A stretch of 64,000 nt of DNA. It comes from Patescibacteria group bacterium. GTDB taxonomy: Bacteria > Patescibacteriota > Microgenomatia > UBA10105 > UBA927. The position numbers were made by a program, and so were the translations under genes. Every line of letters begins with the position of its first letter. Position 1 is the first letter of the stretch. The notes beneath the pieces were generated by a model that made no database searches, was not told the DNA's origin, and was given only the letters and a program-made list of their open reading frames with translations. Positions 1-9,508 of the stretch are shown piece by piece. The stretch lies in the NCBI GenBank assembly GCA_035510735.1, contig DATKGN010000006.1:65429-129428 (forward strand), written 5' to 3'.

Positions 1-788
1 CCAAGAAATATTTGACGTCTGGAATTATCAACTGCTATAGAATGAATTTCACCCACTTGTGTGCTGATCTTCCTTTCTGATAATAATTTCCCATCAAATG
101 ATATTACTTTAATTGAAGCTGGAATATGAAATTTTTCACCCCATTCAACACCGCTCTTCACTGCGACTATTGAATCTCCAAATATAGCAATATCGTGATG
201 CCCATTAAAAGCTACTTTTCCATCTGGTTTAAGACTTTCATGTCCTGCCTCTTCAAAGGTCATTGGTAAAAATTCACCAATGCTATTCATTTCTTCGCCA
301 GTAAATTTATCGTATATTCTTATTTTTGATTTCGCTGTATCAAATGCGACGAGGTAATTATCATCGACAGCTAACGAACCAATCCTTCGTGTGTGAAGTC
401 TCTGGTCTTCTTGATTAACAATCCATTGAGGCGTGTGAAGATCACGGGATATTTTGACAATCGTACCAGTCGCATCATCGGTAATATACACAGCATCGCT
501 GTCAGTTGTAATTGCTGACGCCTGATCAAAATTCGAGTTAAAAAAATTGCCGAGATACTCACCATTTGTGCCGAATATTTGTAGTGTTTTTTCTGTATAC
601 CAACAATTTGAAACTAGAATTGCAGGGTCACCACTATCTGTTTGTATATAGGCAGCAGCTATGGGCATGGATAATTTATTTTGTTCTGGTCCATAGCCAG
701 GGTTAATAATCGATATTTCACCACGAGATATGAGCTGTTCAACAATAGGCGTTATATTCGGAATTTCACCAAAATCTGCACCAGTCAT
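1..788 (-). CDS. Hypothetical protein, C-terminal end off-window; repeat-containing, beta-propeller-like composition
   Basis: Manual minus-strand translation (codons at 3k..3k+2) gives an uninterrupted ORF from an in-frame stop at 888-890 down past position 1. First ATG is at 786-788 (MTGADFGEIPN...). Absent from the ORF track because its stop lies beyond the window edge. Confidence 0.5.
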   Translation of the reverse strand, partial: MTGADFGEIPNITPIVEQLISRGEISIINPGYGPEQNKLSMPIAAAYIQTDSGDPAILVSNCWYTEKTLQIFGTNGEYLGNFFNSNFDQASAITTDSDAVYITDDATGTIVKISRDLHTPQWIVNQEDQRLHTRRIGSLAVDDNYLVAFDTAKSKIRIYDKFTGEEMNSIGEFLPMTFEEAGHESLKPDGKVAFNGHHDIAIFGDSIVAVKSGVEWGEKFHIPASIKVISFDGKLLSERKISTQVGEIHSIAVDNSRRQIFL

Positions 789-919
789 AATGCGATAGTA
801 CCAAATTACACAAAAATATTCATGAAAACGGGTCACATTTATACTCCGCAAGCGTTTCCATGCGCGCAATGAGGCAAAAAATAGATCTCAATGAGAAAAC
901 GCTTAGGGTATGATTATAG

Positions 920-2248
920 TTAAACAGTAAGACTCTTTTGAAGTATCTCCATTACCTTCTTTTTATCGCCTTTCCCTTTTAGGGTTTTAAGCACGTTGCC
1001 GAAGAGAAACATTTTGACTTGTTCCTTGCCCGCTTTGAAATCAGCGACGGCTTTGGGATTGGCGGCAAGGACGTCTGAAATTGCCTTTTGGATTTCCTCA
1101 TCCGGTATAGAAACAACTTTTCTAGACTGAATTAACTCCTCCGCAATTTTATTTGGATTAGCGGTTTCAATATCTATTGGACGATTAAATAACCAATCTC
1201 CAAATGTTTTTGGATTTATCGTTGGGTCTTTCTTAACGGTAAGATTGTAAGCAGTTTCTACGAAAACAACTGAACTTGGGGATACCGATGATAAACTTGC
1301 ATATGAAGTTGGAAAACCCATAGTTACAAACTCCTGGAATTTATCATCTGGTAGTTTAGGGAGTTGTTTCTTTAAACCATCAATATATCCTTGTTCCCAC
1401 ACGATAGGAGGTATATCAGGGTCCGGGAAATAGCGGTAATCCTCGGCGTTTTCCTTAGATCGTTGTGGGAACGAAACGCCTTTATCCTCGTTCCATCCGC
1501 GTGTCTCTTGAGGCGGCTTTTCGCCTTTTTCCAGGAAGGTAATGTGACGCTCGGTTTCGTACTCAATTGCTTTTTTGACGAATGCAAAAGAGTTGATGTT
1601 TTTCACTTCCACTTTGTAGGCCGGAAGGTGCGTGTCACCGACAGGACGGACCGAAATATTGGGCTCCAGGCGCATCGTGCCTTTTTCCATATCTGCATCG
1701 GAAACGTCGAGATACCGGATAATCTGGTAGAGTTTCTTTAAGAATTCCCGTGCCTGCTCAGCTGAATGGATATCAGCCTCCGTTACAATTTCCATAAGCG
1801 GTACGCCGCAGCGGTTAAAGTCGATGAGTGATACTTTTTTGCCGTTGACGGTTTTATGAAGCAACTTACCCGTGTCCTCTTCCAGATGCACGCGGTGGAT
1901 GCGTACGTCGCCCGAGGGAAGGTGGACGCGGCCATTCACACAGAACGGCTCATCGTATTGTGAAATTTGATAGCCCTTTGCCAAGTCGGGATAGAAATAG
2001 TTTTTCCTGTCGAATTTGCTGTGAAGCGGGATTTCGCACCCCAAAGCAAGCCCGAGCATGATCGTCCACTCGACTGCTTTTTTATTCGGCACAGGGAGTC
2101 CACCCGGCATCCCGAGACAGACCGGACACGTATAGATGTTGGGCTTGGGCGCGTGGAACGGGTCGTTTTTGCATCCGCAGAACATTTTGCTTTTGGTCTT
2201 AAGCTCTACATGTATCTCCATCCCGACAACCGGCTCCCACTCACTCAT
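920..2248 (-). CDS. gatB: Asp/Glu-tRNA amidotransferase subunit B
   Basis: [26 protein letters not shown]... is a typical GatB N-terminus. Start moved to the ATG at 2246-2248, which has an AAGGAGG SD and overlaps the gatA stop by 8 nt. Confidence 0.9.
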   Translation of the reverse strand: MSEWEPVVGMEIHVELKTKSKMFCGCKNDPFHAPKPNIYTCPVCLGMPGGLPVPNKKAVEWTIMLGLALGCEIPLHSKFDRKNYFYPDLAKGYQISQYDEPFCVNGRVHLPSGDVRIHRVHLEEDTGKLLHKTVNGKKVSLIDFNRCGVPLMEIVTEADIHSAEQAREFLKKLYQIIRYLDVSDADMEKGTMRLEPNISVRPVGDTHLPAYKVEVKNINSFAFVKKAIEYETERHITFLEKGEKPPQETRGWNEDKGVSFPQRSKENAEDYRYFPDPDIPPIVWEQGYIDGLKKQLPKLPDDKFQEFVTMGFPTSYASLSSVSPSSVVFVETAYNLTVKKDPTINPKTFGDWLFNRPIDIETANPNKIAEELIQSRKVVSIPDEEIQKAISDVLAANPKAVADFKAGKEQVKMFLFGNVLKTLKGKGDKKKVMEILQKSLTV

Positions 2249-3668
2249 GCGCCTCCTTCGTCCACGGATTGAAGTCCGTTTCCTGTTCATAGAGATATGC
2301 AGCCCGAAGTACCGTTTCCTCCTGCCAGTGATTTGCCATGATGGAAAGTCCTAAGGGAAGTCCCGTTTTTTTATCCCAATAGCATGGGACACTTATGCCC
2401 GTGAGTCCGGATAATGAACTGGGCTCGTTGAGTAAGTCAGTAAGCTCTCCAAAAAGAGGATTCCCTTCGCTCTCACCGAATTTGAGTGCCGGACCGGGTG
2501 TTGCGGTAGAAATGAGCAGATCATATTTTGAAAACAGCTGGGCAAAGTTTTTTATGTAGAGATTGCGTACTTTTTCCGCCAAAACGTAGTATTTATCCGC
2601 ATAACCCTTCGACAACGTAAAGGTGCCAAGCATAATCCTCCGTTTGGCTTCCGCACCGAACGTGCTTCTATTATGACCGTAACGGATGCCGTCATAGCGG
2701 GCTAAGTTGCTACTAACTTCGCTCCGTTGGACGACGGTATAGACGCCGACTGCATAATCGGGATTGAGTATGGTGTTGTCTTCTAATTGATCTGAAAGGG
2801 CAACCTTCTCTACTGTTGCACCATTCTTTTCAAACAGTTTTCCCGCTTCTTCAACGGATTTCTCGGTTTGTGTACCTTTCAACTGCGGGTGGTCCATGTA
2901 GCAGATGCCGATCTTCAGTCCCTTCACTCCTTTTTTGAGATTTGAGGCGTAATCGGGCACCGGCAATTCTCCGGTCGTTGCGTCATACGGATCTTTCCCT
3001 GCGATGACAGATAGAAGTATTGCCGCATCCTCGACCGTTTTAGTCATGGGGCCCGGTGAATCCAGGGAGCTTCCCATTGCCACAACCCCCGTGCGGGGCA
3101 CGCGGCCATAGGTGGGCTTCAACCCCACCGTCCCGCACCATGCGGATGGGATGCGGATAGAGCCTGCGGTTTCGCTTCCCAATGCCGTGATGCACATGTT
3201 AGCGGCAACAGCTGCTGCGCTTCCACCGGATGAACCTCCGGGCACGTGAGCTAAATTATTCGGATTTTTTGTCGGGCCGAAATCAGAGGTTTCGGTACTG
3301 CTGCCATGCGCCCAAGCATCCATGTTGGTTTTGCCAACGACCACGCCACCTGCCTTCTTAAGCCGTGACGTGACGGTCGATTCGTACGGCGGGTTGAAGC
3401 CTCTGAGAACATTCGAGGATGCCGTGGTTTCCAACCCAACCGTCAGAAAATTATCTTTGACCGCAACCGGCACACCCGCAAGCGGCGTATCCAATAGTTT
3501 CTCAGCTTGACTAACCGCTTCAGTATTGAGAGCGAGGTACGCATTAAGCTCTTTATTTTTGCCGGCAATCGCCTCCGACACATCAGCATAAAGCTCCTTA
3601 TGGGAAATCTCTTTGGATTTGAGTTTTTTAACGGCAGACGCAAGTGTAAGCGTGTTCAATTTTTTCAT
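2241..3668 (-). CDS. gatA: Glu-tRNA(Gln) amidotransferase subunit A (amidase signature family)
   Basis: 475 aa with a Gly/Ser-rich amidase signature ([13 protein letters not shown]). Ordered gatC-gatA-gatB. Confidence 0.9.
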   Translation of the reverse strand: MKKLNTLTLASAVKKLKSKEISHKELYADVSEAIAGKNKELNAYLALNTEAVSQAEKLLDTPLAGVPVAVKDNFLTVGLETTASSNVLRGFNPPYESTVTSRLKKAGGVVVGKTNMDAWAHGSSTETSDFGPTKNPNNLAHVPGGSSGGSAAAVAANMCITALGSETAGSIRIPSAWCGTVGLKPTYGRVPRTGVVAMGSSLDSPGPMTKTVEDAAILLSVIAGKDPYDATTGELPVPDYASNLKKGVKGLKIGICYMDHPQLKGTQTEKSVEEAGKLFEKNGATVEKVALSDQLEDNTILNPDYAVGVYTVVQRSEVSSNLARYDGIRYGHNRSTFGAEAKRRIMLGTFTLSKGYADKYYVLAEKVRNLYIKNFAQLFSKYDLLISTATPGPALKFGESEGNPLFGELTDLLNEPSSLSGLTGISVPCYWDKKTGLPLGLSIMANHWQEETVLRAAYLYEQETDFNPWTKEAHE

Positions 3669-3676
3669 AGGGAGTC

Positions 3677-3982
3677 TTAGTCATCCTGTTCGATGAGCTG
3701 GTCTACAACAAAATAGCCGTTATGGGTATTGGGCGCATTGGCGAGGGCTTGCTCTTGGGTAAACATGCGCTTCTTATCAACCTCATCCTCGCGAAGCACG
3801 TTTGATAGCCCCGTCATATGGACAGCAGTAACGACGGAAACGTCGAGTTTGTTCAGTTCCTCGACAACGCCGATTGTTTTGGTAAACCCATCGGCGAGGC
3901 TCTTCTTCTCCCCGTCCGTGACGGGAATGTTCGCGAGGGACGCGATATGCGTCACATCGTCTGTTGTGAATTTCGTTGCCAT
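3677..3982 (-). CDS. gatC: Asp/Glu-tRNA amidotransferase subunit C
   Basis: 101 aa, MATKFTTDDVTHIASLANI..., immediately upstream of gatA. Confidence 0.85.
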   Translation of the reverse strand: MATKFTTDDVTHIASLANIPVTDGEKKSLADGFTKTIGVVEELNKLDVSVVTAVHMTGLSNVLREDEVDKKRMFTQEQALANAPNTHNGYFVVDQLIEQDD

Positions 3983-4005
3983 TAGAACATATTATATACC
4001 CAACG

Positions 4006-5352
4006 TTACATGTCGACGAGATACCGCGACAGTTCCCAGTCCGTCACCCAACGCCTAAAGCTGTTCCATTCCTCGCCTTTGGCTTCCAGATACCGCTTCC
4101 ACGTATATTCACCGAATGTTGAGCGGACAATTGTGCCTTTCTCTATTTCGGTAAGTGCCTCGCCCAGACTCGCAGGGAGTTTGGTGATGTAGTGTTTGGC
4201 TAGCTTCGCATCGTCAAACTCAAACAGGTTTTCCTCAACCGGCGCGGGCGCTTTCATTTTCCGTTTTATGCCCTCAAGCCCGGCCTTAAGCAAAACTGCG
4301 AAGGTGAGATATGGGCTTGCCGACGGATCAGGACAGCGTATCTCAAAGCGTGTCGCTTTGTTTTCCGTTCCTTTGGAAATCTTGGGGACACGGATGAGAG
4401 CTGACCTGTTAATTCTCGCCCATGATACGTACGCCGGCGCTTCAAAGCCCGGAGTTAACCGTTTGTACGAATTGACAATCGGCGCAAATACTCCGGCCAA
4501 TTCTTTCGCGTACTTTAATTGTCCCGCTAAAAACTGATATGCCACCTGCGACAATCCGTAAGCATCCTTGGGGTCGTACATGGCGTTTTTAGACCCAATC
4601 CACAGACTCTGGTGGGTATGCATGCCGCTGCCGTTTATGCCGTAAAACGGTTTGGGCATGAATGTCGCGTGCCACCCGTGCTGGTAGGCTATAAAGCGGG
4701 CTGCCATTTTGAGAGTCACCGTGTTGTCCGCGGTTTTCAGGGCCTCACCGTAGCGGATATCAATCTCATGCTGGTTATCGGCAACCTCATGGGTACTGGT
4801 TTCGGAAACTATCCCCATGCTGTCTAAACCTTCCATAATCTTCCTCTTTATGGTGTATGCCTCATCCATGATAAGGGTGAAGTAATACCCATTTCCGCGC
4901 GATTCGCGTCGGATAGTGCCGTCCTCATTTTTCGGAAGCAGGAAAAATTCACACTCAGGGCCGGTGTAGTAGTCGAGACCCATTTTCTTGGCTTCGGCAA
5001 GAACCCTCTTTAATATATTTCTCGGATCACCCTCAAACGGCTCGTGGTTCGGCGTATAGACGTCACAGATAAGCCTCGCGACTCTACCGGTGGCTACTTC
5101 ATTGCGCCATGGAAGAAGTGCATAAGTCGAGACGTCCGGTACCAAATACATATCCGACTCGTGGATACGTGCAAAGCCCTCGATTGAAGATCCGTCTATC
5201 CAGACGCCGCTTGTGAGAGCCCCCTCCAGGTTATAAATAGGGATGGTCGAACTTTTGACGTTGCCCATGAAGTCGTTAAACTGTAGATCCACAAATGCTA
5301 CTTTGTCTTTTTTTGCTTTCGCAAGTAATTCTTTCACTTCATCTTTTGCCAT
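4006..5352 (-). CDS. glnA: Glutamine synthetase type I
   Basis: 448 aa GS-I-like sequence with a GGGGG SD upstream of the ATG at 5350-5352. Confidence 0.9.
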   Translation of the reverse strand: MAKDEVKELLAKAKKDKVAFVDLQFNDFMGNVKSSTIPIYNLEGALTSGVWIDGSSIEGFARIHESDMYLVPDVSTYALLPWRNEVATGRVARLICDVYTPNHEPFEGDPRNILKRVLAEAKKMGLDYYTGPECEFFLLPKNEDGTIRRESRGNGYYFTLIMDEAYTIKRKIMEGLDSMGIVSETSTHEVADNQHEIDIRYGEALKTADNTVTLKMAARFIAYQHGWHATFMPKPFYGINGSGMHTHQSLWIGSKNAMYDPKDAYGLSQVAYQFLAGQLKYAKELAGVFAPIVNSYKRLTPGFEAPAYVSWARINRSALIRVPKISKGTENKATRFEIRCPDPSASPYLTFAVLLKAGLEGIKRKMKAPAPVEENLFEFDDAKLAKHYITKLPASLGEALTEIEKGTIVRSTFGEYTWKRYLEAKGEEWNSFRRWVTDWELSRYLVDM

Positions 5353-5445
5353 AGAAACCCCCTTTTAAATGTTTTTATATGACTCCAGCGTTGCTGGATT
5401 GTGGTTAGTTCATTCGTCTCGATGACTCGACTTACGAACTAACCA

Positions 5446-5469
5446 CTAAAAATCCCGCCACTTGGCGGG
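5446..5469 (-). terminator. Intrinsic terminator-like hairpin in the glnA 5' leader (minus-strand sense: cccgcc-aagt-ggcggg then AUUUUUA)
   Basis: 6-bp GC stem, tetraloop and a U-tract, read directly from the sequence. Its 5' arm overlaps the 3' arm of the preceding hexaloop hairpin. Confidence 0.5.
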
Positions 5470-5508
5470 ACATCGTTGTCTCCCTATATGTAACCCTCGT
5501 CGTTGAGG
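5467..5508 (-). promoter_or_regulatory. Dual small hairpins with hexaloops AACGAC and AACGAU (A at loop position 1, G at 4), resembling an ANTAR antiterminator target
   Basis: Minus strand reads cctc-AACGAC-gagg, a 10-nt linker, then gggagac-AACGAU-gtccc, which overlaps the terminator. This matches the ANTAR RNA target architecture described in established knowledge. Confidence 0.5.
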
Positions 5509-5519
5509 ATATTATATCT

Positions 5520-5548
5520 ATCCTAAAAAAAATAACTCATAATGTCAA
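5520..5548 (-). promoter_or_regulatory. Candidate sigma70-like promoter for the glnA leader (TTGACA-N17-TAGGAT)
   Basis: Consensus -35 hexamer and a weak -10. A perfect TATAAT at 5511-5516 has poor spacing to it. Confidence 0.3.
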
Positions 5549-5565
5549 CACTCGATTTTATGGGA

Positions 5566-6279
5566 TTAATGGGTAACGCTCAATTGTTCAGCGATGATGA
5601 TGGCGTCGGCCATCTCTTTGAGCGACTTCCGCAGGTCCATGCTTTTTTTCTGCAAAACTTTATATGCTGCTTCCTCGGAGAGTCCTTTCCGTTTCATGAG
5701 AATTCCTTTGGCCTTTTCAACGAGTTTCCGCAGTTCCAACGACTCTTTAAGAGATAGTGTCTCTTCAATAAGAAGCGCGTTTTCAACAGCTCCGCCGACC
5801 AGTTTTCCTACGGCTGTTAATAGATTTATCTCCATCTGAGAATGGGCATGGGGCGCTTTATGCTGGATGTTGATGACGCCGACAACTCCGCGTTTCGTTA
5901 TAATAGGCACTGATAAAAATGCCTCATAGGTATCCTCAGGTAAATTTCTGAAATATTTAAATCGCGAGTCCTTCGAGGCGCCCTCTGCAATTGCAACCGG
6001 CTGCTTTTGACGGGCAACCCATCCCGTTATCCCCTCGCCCATTTTCATCGTAATATTTTGAAGTAAGGCCGCATGAGGATTCTTGGAGGCACGGAGAATG
6101 AGTTCTGATTTTTTTGGATCAAGAACGTAAATTAAGACGGAATCCGCATGGGATACCTCAATGACGACGGAAACGATCTCCCTGAGGACGTCCTTAAGTT
6201 CCAGACTATGGACCGTTTGCGCGACACGATATAAGAGGCTTACTTCTTTCTGCAATTTCGCAACTTCGTTATCGGTCAT
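5566..6279 (-). CDS. GAF-ANTAR RNA-binding antitermination regulator
   Basis: N-terminal GAF-like region, then a C-terminal ANTAR signature ...EKAKGILMKRKGLSEEAAYKVLQKKSMDLRKSLKEMADAIIIAE. Confidence 0.85.
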   Translation of the reverse strand: MTDNEVAKLQKEVSLLYRVAQTVHSLELKDVLREIVSVVIEVSHADSVLIYVLDPKKSELILRASKNPHAALLQNITMKMGEGITGWVARQKQPVAIAEGASKDSRFKYFRNLPEDTYEAFLSVPIITKRGVVGVINIQHKAPHAHSQMEINLLTAVGKLVGGAVENALLIEETLSLKESLELRKLVEKAKGILMKRKGLSEEAAYKVLQKKSMDLRKSLKEMADAIIIAEQLSVTH

Positions 6280-6308
6280 ATGGGGTATTATACGCCACTC
6301 TTGCGTAA

Positions 6309-6629
6309 ATGCGTGATATTTCGTACGCTAATTGTATGAGACAGTATCAAAAATTTTATGAACAGATGATTGCGGACAATCAGGAGCTGTTTGATACATT
6401 CAAGGGAATACATGATGCATACGTCCTTAACCCCGAGCTCAACCAGGCAAAATTCAACGATATCGGACGCGAAGTGGTTGATGTAATCCGCGAATACGAG
6501 CGAAAACTCTGCGGCAACATGAACTCGGGCGCATACGGCGCATTCTCACAGAACCTGTCGCAGAAATTCTGGGATGAGATACGGAAAGTCTACAAAAAAA
6601 TCGACTTCGTGGGTGCTACTGTTGGATAA
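6309..6629 (+). CDS. Hypothetical protein (106 aa; start may be the downstream Met at 6336)
   Basis: Non-repetitive ORF, convergent with the methyltransferase gene. Only 29 nt separate it from the divergent regulator gene. Confidence 0.4.
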   Translation: MRDISYANCMRQYQKFYEQMIADNQELFDTFKGIHDAYVLNPELNQAKFNDIGREVVDVIREYERKLCGNMNSGAYGAFSQNLSQKFWDEIRKVYKKIDFVGATVG

Positions 6630-6631
6630 CG

Positions 6632-7255
6632 TTATTTCTTCGCAAATATATACAGATTCGTATCCGACATATTGTACTTATCGTCACAGTGCTCTGACTG
6701 TATGGTGATTGACGAAAATCCGACCTCTTTAAGTTTCTCTGTGATCCGTTTCTTGGTAAAGAAATTGAAAAATGTTTTCTTACCCGGCGCAAACGGCTCG
6801 TCTACATAATGATCAGGCTTTCCCTGCTGAGCGAATATCGCAACCCAGCCTCCGGATTTCAGTATTCGGTAAAAATCCGACAATACTCCCGAAACCTTTG
6901 TGTCAGATATATGAATAAGAGAATACGAGGAGAGGATCCCATTAAATTTATTAGGCGGGAACTGGAGCCTGCGAATATCCATATAAACAAATGTGCAGTT
7001 TGAATAATGATTCTTTGCAATGGCAAGCATATTCCTTGATAAATCAACGCCGGTCACCCGGAATCCCTTTTTGGCCATATGATATGCGTTTTGTCCTGCA
7101 CCACAGCCGGCGTCCAGTATTTCGGCTTTATACGGAAGTTTTTTTAATAGCAAATTAACGTGCGACTTATCGGTGGAATCTTCCCCATACTTCGCCACAT
7201 ACGCATCGGCGATTGTGTCATACACCTCAATTATTGAATCGGTTGGATCAATCAT
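6632..7255 (-). CDS. Class I SAM-dependent methyltransferase
   Basis: Motif I ILDAGCGAGQNA. 207 aa. Confidence 0.8.
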   Translation of the reverse strand: MIDPTDSIIEVYDTIADAYVAKYGEDSTDKSHVNLLLKKLPYKAEILDAGCGAGQNAYHMAKKGFRVTGVDLSRNMLAIAKNHYSNCTFVYMDIRRLQFPPNKFNGILSSYSLIHISDTKVSGVLSDFYRILKSGGWVAIFAQQGKPDHYVDEPFAPGKKTFFNFFTKKRITEKLKEVGFSSITIQSEHCDDKYNMSDTNLYIFAKK

Positions 7256-7264
7256 AGGTGAGCG

Positions 7265-8017
7265 TCAGATCTTGTGAAGGATTACTTCGCGGGCGCGGGT
7301 TGCAAGGGTGTCATCAAGAGATCTCAGTGTTACATGTTTGTCATATTTCATCTCCAACGCCTTCCCAATAAGCCAGTCGGCGATCATCGGGTTTTTAGGC
7401 AGGAGCGGTCCGTGAAAATACGATCCCACCGAATTTTTATACACCGCGCCTTCGTACCCATCTTCGCCATTATTACCGTAACCCTTGATCACTTTCGCAA
7501 GCGGCTTCATTTTAGGTCCGAGCGTCGTCCGCCCCCCGTGATTTTCAAATCCGACAATCGTCTTCCCTTCAAACCCCGGTAAGTTGATAATTTTGGCGGC
7601 GACATTGCCGATACACCGTTTTGCTTGATCGCCGGGGTGGATGGTCACAAGATCAAAAATACCAGCGCCGGGGATATCCTTTCCCTGATACGGGCGGTAA
7701 TAATGACCGACAAACTGGTAGGCAGCACAGACAAATAGCGCAGGGATCCAGCTCTCTACCATCTTGGCAACGACAGGGCCTTTATTGCCTAAGAAATCTT
7801 CGGATGCGAGTTTCTGCTGCCGGTCCTGAGCACCTCCCATGAACAAAAGGTCACAGGATTTGAGTTTACCGATCTTTGTCTCGAGTGTGACCGGTACAAT
7901 GGTCACATCGATACTCCGCCACTGGCACCGGCGCTCAAGGACAATAATATTCCCCCGGTCTCCGTACGTACTCATGAGGTCAGGATAGAGCCACGCGATG
8001 TTTAATTTATAATCCAT
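7265..8017 (-). CDS. gatD: Lipid II isoglutaminyl synthase glutaminase subunit (CobQ-type GATase)
   Basis: MDYKLNIAWLYPDLMSTYGDRGN... is a typical GatD N-terminus, with the catalytic Cys context FVCAAYQ. Paired with murT. Start trimmed to the internal Met. Confidence 0.8.
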   Translation of the reverse strand: MDYKLNIAWLYPDLMSTYGDRGNIIVLERRCQWRSIDVTIVPVTLETKIGKLKSCDLLFMGGAQDRQQKLASEDFLGNKGPVVAKMVESWIPALFVCAAYQFVGHYYRPYQGKDIPGAGIFDLVTIHPGDQAKRCIGNVAAKIINLPGFEGKTIVGFENHGGRTTLGPKMKPLAKVIKGYGNNGEDGYEGAVYKNSVGSYFHGPLLPKNPMIADWLIGKALEMKYDKHVTLRSLDDTLATRAREVILHKI

Positions 8018-8030
8018 AATTTTATTCTTG

Positions 8031-8123
8031 TCATTGCGAGTCGAGTCTTCGAGACGCGGCAATCTCTTCAATTAATTCAGATTGCTTCGCCCCGTCAGCT
8101 GACGGGGTCTCGCAATGACATTA
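8031..8123. repeat. 11-bp perfect long-range inverted repeat (gtcattgcgag / ctcgcaatgac) enclosing an 18-bp palindrome (ccccgtcagctgacgggg) and the motif tcgagtcttcgagacg
   Basis: Read directly from the sequence, in the murT-gatD intergenic region. Confidence 0.5.
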
Positions 8124-8128
8124 TTGTA

Positions 8129-9424
8129 TTACAGTATTTTTCTCCCCCCTACAATTTTCCTCACTTCGAGCATTGCCGAATAGGTCGATAAAACATATAA
8201 GATGCCGCCCTGCGGCGTAAGTTGCAGGCCCTGTTTTATAGCGTGCCGCAGGTCCGGTTCCACATGCGGTTTCCTCATTTCGCCGGCTGAATATTGTACA
8301 CGGATCGCCATATCATATACGCGGTCGCCCGTTACAACAACTTCCACATTTTTCGGAACCGTTTCAAAATCCACGTCCCAAATCCAACTCACGTCGCGTC
8401 CGTCAGGTATCCGGTCGTTAAGGGCGAAAAGTATTGCCGCGGGCTTACTTTCAAGCACCGTCCGCAAGGACGCATTAAACCCGGCAGGATTTTTCGAAAG
8501 AAATACTTTGATTTTTTTGTCGGCGACGGCAAATTCTTCCTGACGCCCGAATGCGGGCGCAAATCCGGTTAACGCAGTCGTAATGTGATCGTCGGTGATA
8601 TGACACTCGCGGGCAGTAAGGACGGCAGCGAGCGTATTGTAGCGGTTGTAGAGACCCGGGAGCGGTGACTGCCATGACGAGAGATCCAATTTTGGCCTCG
8701 TCTCACCGCAGACGCTGCAAAACCATTCTCCGATATGGGAAAAATAATTTACTTTGTAGGAAAGCCGTGCGCCGCAAAAGAGACAAAATGTCGAATCCGT
8801 CGCATGCTCCATTTTGGGGGCAGCAAGCGATGGGTCGTCAAGACCGAAATACTTCACCTTCGCCTTCACATCTTTTGCAAGAGAACTAACCAGCGGATCA
8901 TCGGCGTTCAGAATAAGCGTGGTTCTCTCATCAATAGTGCGTAGAGCTTTTTGCCATTTTTCCGCAATCACGTCGACCTCGCCATAACGGTCCAACTGAT
9001 CACGGAAAAGATTAAGGATGACGATGAATTTTGGCGCAATGTAGCGCATTACAATGGGGAGCGAGTTTTCATCGATCTCAAAAACCCCGAAGTCTCCGTT
9101 CACACGTCCACCACGGGTCGTATGTTCAATACAGGCCGATACGACACCATTGAGGAGATTAGCTCCACTTTTATTATGGACGACGGATTTTCCCTCTTTC
9201 TCTAAAATCGTTTTTATCATGAGGGACGTTGTCGTCTTGCCGTTTGTGCCGGCAACGAGAATTATCCCGTCTGTAATATGCGTTCCGAATTCACCAAGAA
9301 TGTGAGGCGACATCATGAGGGCAATCTCTCCGGGCCAGGTCGCACCGGCACCCAGATGAAAGGTTTTACTTGTCCACGAAACGAATTTACCTGCCGCTAC
9401 AGTCAGCCGATGCTTGAAGCTCAT
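8129..9424 (-). CDS. murT: Lipid II isoglutaminyl synthase, Mur-ligase-like subunit
   Basis: Mur ligase P-loop AGTNGKTTT plus a Cys4 ribbon CLFCG...CSVCG. 431 aa, adjacent to gatD. Confidence 0.85.
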   Translation of the reverse strand: MSFKHRLTVAAGKFVSWTSKTFHLGAGATWPGEIALMMSPHILGEFGTHITDGIILVAGTNGKTTTSLMIKTILEKEGKSVVHNKSGANLLNGVVSACIEHTTRGGRVNGDFGVFEIDENSLPIVMRYIAPKFIVILNLFRDQLDRYGEVDVIAEKWQKALRTIDERTTLILNADDPLVSSLAKDVKAKVKYFGLDDPSLAAPKMEHATDSTFCLFCGARLSYKVNYFSHIGEWFCSVCGETRPKLDLSSWQSPLPGLYNRYNTLAAVLTARECHITDDHITTALTGFAPAFGRQEEFAVADKKIKVFLSKNPAGFNASLRTVLESKPAAILFALNDRIPDGRDVSWIWDVDFETVPKNVEVVVTGDRVYDMAIRVQYSAGEMRKPHVEPDLRHAIKQGLQLTPQGGILYVLSTYSAMLEVRKIVGGRKIL

Positions 9425-9508
9425 ACTCCTATTATCGCACAGTCGGGAAAGTTTACTTACAGTAAACCTCTCTGGCGCTCTATGATGAAGAATGCTAGTT
9501 CCGTTGAT

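Noticed and set aside
1391-1741. Numerous 60-170 aa ORFs on the strand opposite to, or out of frame with, long conserved genes (e.g. within gatB, gatA, glnA, murT, polX, ileS, ftsA, ftsZ, murG).
   Set aside because: Shadow ORFs. The overlapping genes have unmistakable conserved motifs and these have none.
5511-5548. Perfect consensus TTGACA and TATAAT hexamers upstream of the glnA leader.
   Set aside because: They are 27 nt apart, so they cannot form one sigma70 promoter. Retained only as a weaker TTGACA-N17-TAGGAT candidate.
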